The notes beneath the pieces were generated by a model. It had not been told where the DNA came from, did not search any database, and saw only the letters and a list, made by a program, of their open reading frames with translations. Position numbers and translations under genes: made by a program. From assembly GCA_051294375.1 (NCBI GenBank), contig JBJCIZ010001373.1, forward strand, positions 1 through 9,741: a DNA stretch of 9,741 bases, read 5' to 3'. Shown in pieces: positions 1 to 7,611 of this stretch. Each line of letters begins with the position of its first letter. The first letter of the stretch is position 1. This DNA comes from Paraspadella gotoi (Eukaryota > Animalia > Chaetognatha).

Positions 1-1316
1 CATTTTTTTTGCGGATCAAGTACAGGGTCCACTACGCTTTTTAACGCTTTTTAGAATTTTTAGCTTTTTACTATAATTTTGCGTTTTTCACCAATTTGAA
101 TAAAAAAAAAAAAAGAAACTATATATGACGCGGAATTGTTTTTTTTTTTATTTTTTTTTTACCCTCTCCGCCAACAACGAGAAATAATATGGCTGGGTTA
201 ATCAAGTCGGTGATGATTTTACTCTCAAACGGGGAAGCCAACCACCTGCCCCAAACCCCCGCCCTTCGAGGAAATACCGTTTTCTCATCTTTTTTTTTGC
301 ATGAATTCGGCGTGACGCGTGGTAGCATTTTCTCGCTTTTACTTTTTTTTTACATTTTATTTTTGTTCGAATCCCAGATTTTTTCCTTTTTGTGTTTATG
401 TCGAAGCGAAGAAGAATTATCGCGGCGCTAAAAGTCTCTCCGGCAAAACAGGAGAAAAAAAACCCCAGAGAAACATAAATAAAAATAATATAAATAAGTT
501 ATTCGGAATGAGTTTTTTTTTTCAATGACTTCTGTCTCACGAAGAGTCGTGATTTTTCGTCATCGACATCGTCGTCGTCTTCGTCATCCTCTCTTTCACA
601 TTGGCTGCCGATATTCTCGTCAAAACTTGGAAATTTAAAAAAAAAAGCCTCTTAATTTATTATACGATTTTTGAATTGTAAAAAAAAGAAAAAAAAACAC
701 GATTCTTTTTATATATTTTTTTTATTTGGTTCTCGATACTCGTGACAAAAAGGGAAGAGGATTACGAAATTAACAACTCGCCGAGGGGAAAAAAAATTAA
801 ATGTAAATTTGATAATTTTTCCCTCATTTAAAATCATAAACAAGCACCTACTTTTCGCTAAAGTTTACATTTTCTCCCTTTTTTGTGGTCATTAAAGTCA
901 GGAACGGTTTTTTCCTCTAAACAACTTTAAGCCCCTTTTTTCTGTTTTTTTATCCCCTTTTTTTTTGTTTTGTTTCGTTTTATCTTTCCCGATATTCTTT
1001 CCCCGCGAATTCTCCGCTTTCCTCTTCGGTCGGCGAGGTGAGGGCGGGACATTTTCCAATGAGGCCCGATTTACGTGAGATTTCTTTCTATCTCCCTCTT
1101 TTCTCTGTATCTATCTATTTACTTATTTATTTATCTATTATTTATTTATTATATTCGTTTTTTATTTTATTTTTCTTTCTGTCCTTTTTTTCTATATAAT
1201 CTCTTTCTCTTGTCTCTTTCTCTTTTTTGTCTTTTTTCTTTGTCTTTCTTTCTGTCTTTCTTTTCTGCTCTCTCTATCTCCTACCACTTTCTTGTAACCA
1301 CAATTTTACATACTTC

Positions 1317-1401
1317 CTCTCTCTCTCTCTCTCTCTTTCTTCTCTCTCCCCCACGTCGGCTCTCTCCGTCTCTCTCTCCCTCGTATCTCTCTCTATCTCT
1401 C
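1317..1401. repeat. Imperfect (CT)n microsatellite in a longer pyrimidine-rich tract (~1081-1401)
   Basis: ctctctctct... runs are directly visible. Confidence 0.9.
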
Positions 1402-1904
1402 GCGAGATGCACATCATGGCGTTCCTTGAAGGCGAAAGGATTCTCCGTCGGATCGAGGGATTCGGAAGCGAACGCGCGTCGTCGTCGTCGTCCGTGGTCA
1501 TCCGTCTTTTTCTGTCGACTCCCGTCCGAGGACTAAAAACGCGACGCAAAACGAAAATAAATAAAAACAAAAAAAAAAAAAAAAATAAAATTTTTTTTCT
1601 TCTGAATTTCTTCAATTTAACGAAATGTGAAAGGATAACTAAATCATCCGACTTTTCCCTCCCCCGTCGTAACTCAGGGGGTAAGGTTGGGTCGTCATGT
1701 CTCTTTTTGGCCCCAACGCCTGGCTCTGCACCTTAAACCGAAAATTTTAAGGAATTTTTCGTCAACGGATATTTATTCGCAAAGAGATTAATTTGACATA
1801 TTTTACGTTTGTTATTCATAATATTGCAAAAAAAAACAAAAAAACAACCAAAAACAAACAAATAAAAGTAAAAATAAAAGGATAAAATCCCGATTCCCTC
1901 TACG

Positions 1905-2213
1905 TCCGAAAAAGATACGAGTAAACTCAAAAAGTGCGATTCAGAAACGAATTCCTACGCTGATGTCGGTCTAGCGCGCCGTCCAACGCGTCGGCCGTCC
2001 GCCCTTTTCGACCCTGACACACTCACCCGAACGCCTCGCCCGACGCACCGCCCAGGAAACACCAGAAGGCTCACGAGAAGTAATTTCCGACTCGGGGTAT
2101 TCCTCCTCGGGGCCAAAAAAGGTCCGAGTTCGGGTGTGCCGCCCGGGTCGAGGCTGCGATTGGGGACGGCGCGAAAGCACGCGCCACACTTGGACAGGGA
2201 CTTTGGCGGAAAG
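1905..2213 (+). other. GC-rich exon-like island / fold-back element of unknown identity
   Basis: Stop-free + frame 1975-2223 (RAVQRVGRPPFSTLTHSPERLARRTAQETPEGSREVISDSGYSSSGPKKVRVRVC..RRESTRHTWTGTLAE) with a donor-like AAG|gttcga at 2213/2214. It also carries nested inverted repeats. No recognisable vinculin homology. Confidence 0.35.
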
Positions 2214-2409
2214 GTTCGAGTTTTGAGAAAAGTTTCATAAAAAAAAAAATATATATACGTATAAATTTACCTTGGTTTAACCTTTCATTTTCGTACATCA
2301 TGAATCAACATGGTTAATGGACAATGAATAAATCGTGAAATTTCATGCATGTCAGTTTAATTTTAGTTTTTGGGGCAAAATTCATATTATGCTTAAATAT
2401 GATAATATA

Positions 2410-2487
2410 TATTCTTCCATCCTTCATTTTCTTTTTCTTTAATATCTTAATATCTTAATATGATGATATTGTATTCTTCCATCCTTC
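2410..2487. repeat. Short direct repeat pair flanking a small tandem repeat
   Basis: tattcttccatccttc occurs at 2410-2425 and 2472-2487, with (cttaatat) x ~3 between them. Confidence 0.8.
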
Positions 2488-2645
2488 CATCTCGATTTTA
2501 TCTTCACCACTATTCCGCCAGCCCTCGAATTAAAACCCCGACGTCACTCTCACGACACCAACGCCCGCTTAACCGTCCCCGCGCCCAGTCTCGCAAATCG
2601 TCATCTACCTCTTCGTCTCGCTTCTCTCGCGTCCACTTCCTCCAG

Positions 2646-2716
2646 ACAAAAGGGAAACTGTAACTGCGCGCGGACGGCGTGGGAACGCCTTCGGCCCCAA
2701 ATTCGCTCATCCTCAC
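2646..2716 (+). other. Candidate small exon of unknown identity
   Basis: Pyrimidine tract, then cttcctccag|ACA ... CAC|gtgaga. 71 nt, with two of three frames open. Confidence 0.4.
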
Positions 2717-3395
2717 GTGAGAGAGAAAGAGTTGTTATTCGGTTTGTGAAATTTAGAAATAACCAGAGTCATCAAATTAAGACAATTTGTGAAGTTTTCA
2801 AAAAAAGTAAATATTTTAATGTTTGGTTGAGATATTTTTAGAAAAGTATTTCATATAAGTTTTTTTATAAATAAAACCACGAAAAAAAAATCACTACTCT
2901 TTTGTTTACGTGACAACTTTTTTTTTCGTATCTCCTTCGAAAACCTCAGACTTCCCTATCTAATTATCAGACGAAAATTTGTAAATATTGTTTATGTCGA
3001 CACTAAAAAATAAATTTTACATCGACAAGAACGCTCACTTTTTGGGTAAAAATACCTTCTGACCCAAAAAATTCGCGCTGAAAAAAAAACCCCAACTTCC
3101 TTTGGTCGGAGTTACCAAGTCGGTTACCGGTTCAATTTACGATGCGAAAAAAAAGTCACATTTTTTACCTCCTTTTTACCAAATTTTTAGGTGATACATA
3201 CTAGCCCATATACTACTTACTTAGTCTTACTTTAAATAAACTCTACCGATCGCAACAATTACGTAACAACAATAACAAAAACAACAATAACGACATTTTC
3301 CTCTGCGGTCTTTAATCCTCGAACGATTAATTGTCGATAATCAAGAATTCAACTTCTTTTTTTGTTTGTTTATCGTTAAAGAGTCGTTCATCTTT

Positions 3396-3397
<2 letters not shown>

Positions 3398-3431
<34 letters not shown>

Positions 3432-3448
3432 TCGTCGTCGTCGTCGTC
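3398..3448. repeat. (GTC)n trinucleotide microsatellite, ~17 units with one ATC interruption
   Basis: gtcgtcgtc... is directly visible and followed by a C-run. Confidence 0.97.
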
Positions 3449-3966
3449 ACCCCCCCCCTTAGCTAGCTCCGTCGCCTTTAATCGACATTTACATTCACTT
3501 ACAATTATTGTCGTTGTTTATCGATTCGGACCAAAGTGACTCTCGATCTTTAAGTCCGGACCTCTAACATCAAAAGCTCCGAGTCGATTTCGCCGCACGG
3601 GCGGGTGACCCATTTTTATTTTCAAGGCTTCGATGGTTCAAAGAAAATACTCATTCGTCATTCGTCTCGGTGGAGATATTTCTCCATGGGATTTATTCAA
3701 GATTTAGACGCAGATTGATATTTATTGCGCGGGATTTATTACAACCGATCATTCTAGAGGCCAATACCGGTGACAGCTCTCGAGAAATAACATTGTTTTG
3801 CGATGAAAAGGGTGGTCAATTTGTGGCTATTTGCCAGTTAAGTCTTTTTCCAATGTTCGGGCTCATGCGTCATGGATATAATAAGGAAGACAAACCAAAG
3901 AGACGTCGAACTTATTCAATTCGCTGTTTTTTTATCCTTCAAACGCCCTTCGACGATCATTTTCAG

Positions 3967-4155
3967 GGCCACACTCCTGAGGCGCGGGCCTTGGCCTCGG
4001 CGGCGTCGGAGAAGTTGGCCGTCCTCAAGGAGTCGATGAGGAGGCGTTGGTGCAGCAGATCGCGGACGACTTATCGACATCACCACGCCCTTGAAGCATC
4101 TCGCCGACGCCGCCCACGCTCCGCCCACCGAGCCCAACCGGGCGAGATTTTTCAG
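3967..4155 (+). CDS. VCL: Vinculin exon A (D3)
   Basis: Acceptor ttttcag|GGC and donor CAG|gtacgg. Reads GHTPEARALASAASEKLAVLKESM-EALVQQIADD-IDITTPLKHLADAAHAPPTEPNR-EIFQ with three 1-nt deletions (~4040, ~4072, ~4143) that together restore the frame. Confidence 0.93.
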
Positions 4156-7137
4156 GTACGGGATTGATTAAAGGAGTTTTACAGGTGGTTGCGTGTAAGC
4201 GTGGGGGATGATTTTTTCAGGTTTAAATTAAAAATAATAAAGAAAATATTATTAACGAGATGATATAAATTATAAAACTTGACGTATTCTTCATATTCCC
4301 GTTGTCTTTTAAAATTTATTTTAATGATGATTTTTAATTTTTTTCTGAGGTTGGAGGCGGGACTTGAGCTGAAAAGAGATCAAAGCGAGATCTTTTTCAG
4401 CGTGAGAACCGTTTATTATATAAAACAATAAAACAGCTCTTAAAACGCAAATTTAAATTATTTAAAAAAAAAAAATCAAAAAGAAAATAATCTGTAAGAA
4501 TGGAGCCAAAAAATTGAGGTGAATGGAAAAGGTGTTCGTTATAATTTCGGGCGAAGTGTAAGATGGAGATAAAAAAAAGTCATTCATTCCAAAAATTTTT
4601 CCCTCCACGAATTTTTATTTTCCTCCAGCGAAAGAGCATCTTTTTTTATTAAAAAAAAATTAATCTTATAAATAGACCCCCAACGTGGCGATGGGCCGAG
4701 GATGTAAAACAACGAGCCTCGCACTTCTGCGACTTAAGCGTTGCCCCATAAAAACCCACCCACGGGGAATTTAAATCCGGAGCGGCCTATCAGCGAGAAA
4801 ATTTTTTTTTCTCTTTCCCGGCGCCGATGAAATTTTTTTTTCCTTTCCCTTTGGACACCTGCTCGTCGTATAGCGGGCAGGTGCATGTTTTTGAGTTGTA
4901 AACGATGGCGTTGTGGGGAAAAGAATTCGAATCTGATCGTTGTTGAGAAACAAAATCTGGAGGCCTTTCGGTTTCGGGGTCGATTTCTAGGTGGAATTTA
5001 AAAATCAAAGTCAAAAACAGATTTTGTAACAAATTTGATGTCGCTGAAAAGTTAATCTTGAAGCTTTTAAATATATTGAAACATTTAGTTTATATACGTC
5101 AAATCTACTTTTTTTCCGTTTCTCTTCGTACGGCTTCAATAAATAGTTCAAGGTAACCTAAAGTGACGACGGAGATCCACGAGGCCAATGAGCCGCAGAG
5201 GCGGGCGAGAGCTAAGAGACGTGGGTTTGAGAGGGTAAAATCAAGAGATAAGATCGGATGTTGAGAGTCGAAGGCTCTTTACGTCTTCGTACCTTCGTTA
5301 TCATCGTAGGGAATAACATCCCGAAATACAGAATTATTTAATACAACTTGATCTTTCTCCAAGGAAAAAAGCGGGGGCGTTCCAAACGCCAGCCAATCGG
5401 CTGGCGGCTATCGCTAAGCGAGCGGCGGCGACGGGCGGATGTCAGACAAGTGGACGACCGACTCCATCAACAGCCAGGCAAACCTCATCCAGGAGATCAC
5501 GCTCAGGTGAGAAAGGGGGCGATGGAAAAGTGCTGTCTGTCTGTGAATTGTTAATTTTTGGTGTCTTCTTTTTAACGATTCCTTTCTTTTCCTTTCTCTT
5601 TCTTTCCTTTCCTTTCCTTTCTTTACTTTTTTTTCCCTTCTTTACCTTTCCTCTTCTTCCTTTCCTTTCCTTTCCTTTCCTTTCTTTCCTTTCCTTTCCT
5701 TTCCTTTCCTTTCCTTTCCTTTATTCTGCTTTTTTTTCATTTCCTTTCCTTTCCTTTCCATATTTCCGATTTACTTTACTTTCCATTTTTTGCATTTAAA
5801 TTTTCATTCTTTTCATTTACATTAGGTGGTCTAGCCGCCCGAGTCGTGCTGGAGAACCCGGGCAACGCTTTCGGCGGAGGAGCACTTTGTGGCTGTTGAA
5901 GCAGCAGGGAGCGAAGGGATGGAGAGCTTCGAAGTACACGTGGACGCGAGCATCGATACACAGGTCGGTTTCATACAAAAGCCCGGAGGAAGGCATCTCA
6001 AGGACACGGGTTAGTTTTGGGGAAAGGGAATGGTTGGTTTTTGTTTTCAACTGAATAATTTTCGTCAACGATTTTAATTTATAATTTATCAGTAAATGTA
6101 TTTATATGTACATATATATCTTTAAAATTTGAGATTACGCTCTGACTAAAAAGAAATTTTGCCGTTATCTGAATTTTCAATTTTGTCATGCACTTTTTTC
6201 TATGTCTTCTCTCATACTTTCTTTCTAACCCTCTCTTCTTATTATCCGTTTATCCTTCATCCCGCAGCGATTTCTCTTTTCATATATGTCTTCTCCCACG
6301 CTCTTCTGCCCTCACCGACGTCTCCTCCCCGCCCTCCCATCTCCTGGCCCTGTCTCCTAAACTCCTTTTTCTCCCTCTCTTCCTCCCCCGATATTCAGCC
6401 AAGACGGAGACGGCGATCGGTCAAGGGGCGACTCCCTCGGCGTCGTCAACAGCACCTCGTCCATCGCCCGAAAAGGCCCAATCCGGGTCTCCAAGTGGGC
6501 CAACCAAGAGGCCGAGAACTCGGAAGACCAGGGCCTTCGTGGATCGGGTCCCAGAGGGCCTACTCCCAGCTCAGAGCCAGTGAGGAAGGGGAAAGGGAAA
6601 TGGTGAAAATTAGTTAAAGCAAGATTTATGAAAAAAGCATTCCGAGTTGAATGAATCAAGAAGGCAATCTGCCCGTTGAGCTATCGAACGTTCGATCAAC
6701 TTTGTAATTGTTAAGAAAATGTTAAGGATGTGAAAACTTTTCACATGGGTATATTTTCACCACATTAAAAAATCATTAATTTTTTAAATGATAAGGATTT
6801 GGGAATTCAAACACTATCTCAATAACCAAACCCGCCAACCTTTTCTTATTGCTCATTATTCTTGAATTGATCCCTTCTATCGTCTTCTCCCCTTGACAGC
6901 CATCAGCCCCGAAATCCAAGATAGGCCAAAGTCCTCGCCGTCCACATCAGGGATCGGCGCCCGTAGAGAAGTGGCGTCAGGCCAACTCCGCCCTCGTCTC
7001 CGCCGTGAGGGGAGTGAGACAGGCGGTGTTCTTTCGCCGCCTGCCACCGCGCCTCCCTCCGCGCCTGATCTGAGGTCAACTGAGCCTAGAAGGTTGGTGA
7101 GCGGAGGGAAAGAGAGAGACGAGAGAGAGAGAGAGAG

Positions 7138-7178
<41 letters not shown>

Positions 7179-7489
7179 AGAGAGAGGAATTAGTTATAAG
7201 GAACAGAGAGAGAAAGACACGAGAATTGCAATTAAATTTCCGTCGCCGTCCTAGGGGGTTTTTATCGGCGTCGTCATTCGCTGTATTCTCCACCGAAGAA
7301 CGAATCAGTTAATCATTTTTCTCTAAATCTCAGCATAATTTAAAGATTTTATCACCAGAAAGTGAAAATAAAAATTCGATTGTGAATATCAGACGCGCTC
7401 GATTTTTGTGTCTCACGACGTGAAATATGCAGCGCGACACGGCGAAGAGTTTTAAAAATTAAGGGTCAATCGAGCGATAGATGCGAAAG

Positions 7490-7533
<44 letters not shown>

Positions 7534-7565
7534 AGAGAGAGCAGAGAGTTGAGGAGAGAGACGAC

Positions 7566-7611
<46 letters not shown>

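Noticed and set aside
1075-1736. Long ORFs 1075-1536, 1227-1736 and 1274-1615(-) with SLSL/FFF/ERER tracts
   Set aside because: They are stop-free only because of CT and T-rich low-complexity DNA; they are not real membrane proteins.
2015-2060. Weak resemblance (DTLTR.LAD) to the missing upstream vinculin exon (VDQLTAQLADL)
   Set aside because: It needs several ad hoc indels, the flanks do not match, and there is no suitable donor.
3670-4167. 165-aa ORF as a stand-alone gene
   Set aside because: It is intron read-through into exon A. Its Arg-rich C-terminal part is the out-of-frame reading between three compensating deletions.
4797-4849. Direct repeat gaaa-tn-ctttccc x2
   Set aside because: It is low-complexity and expected in this homopolymer-rich intron.
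5530-5799. 89-aa Phe/Pro/Leu-rich ORF
   Set aside because: It is the translation of the (TTTCC)n repeat.
5961-5969. CAG|gtcggt as the end of exon C
   Set aside because: Vinculin similarity (FIQ..EEGI.KDT) continues to 6009, where the phase matches exon D.
3967-7092. Alpha-catenin or alpha-catulin as the identity
   Set aside because: DITTPLK, TPQVVSAAR, SIARKANRVL, ENSED and the PPxPDLxQL hinge start are vinculin-type features rather than alpha-catenin-type.
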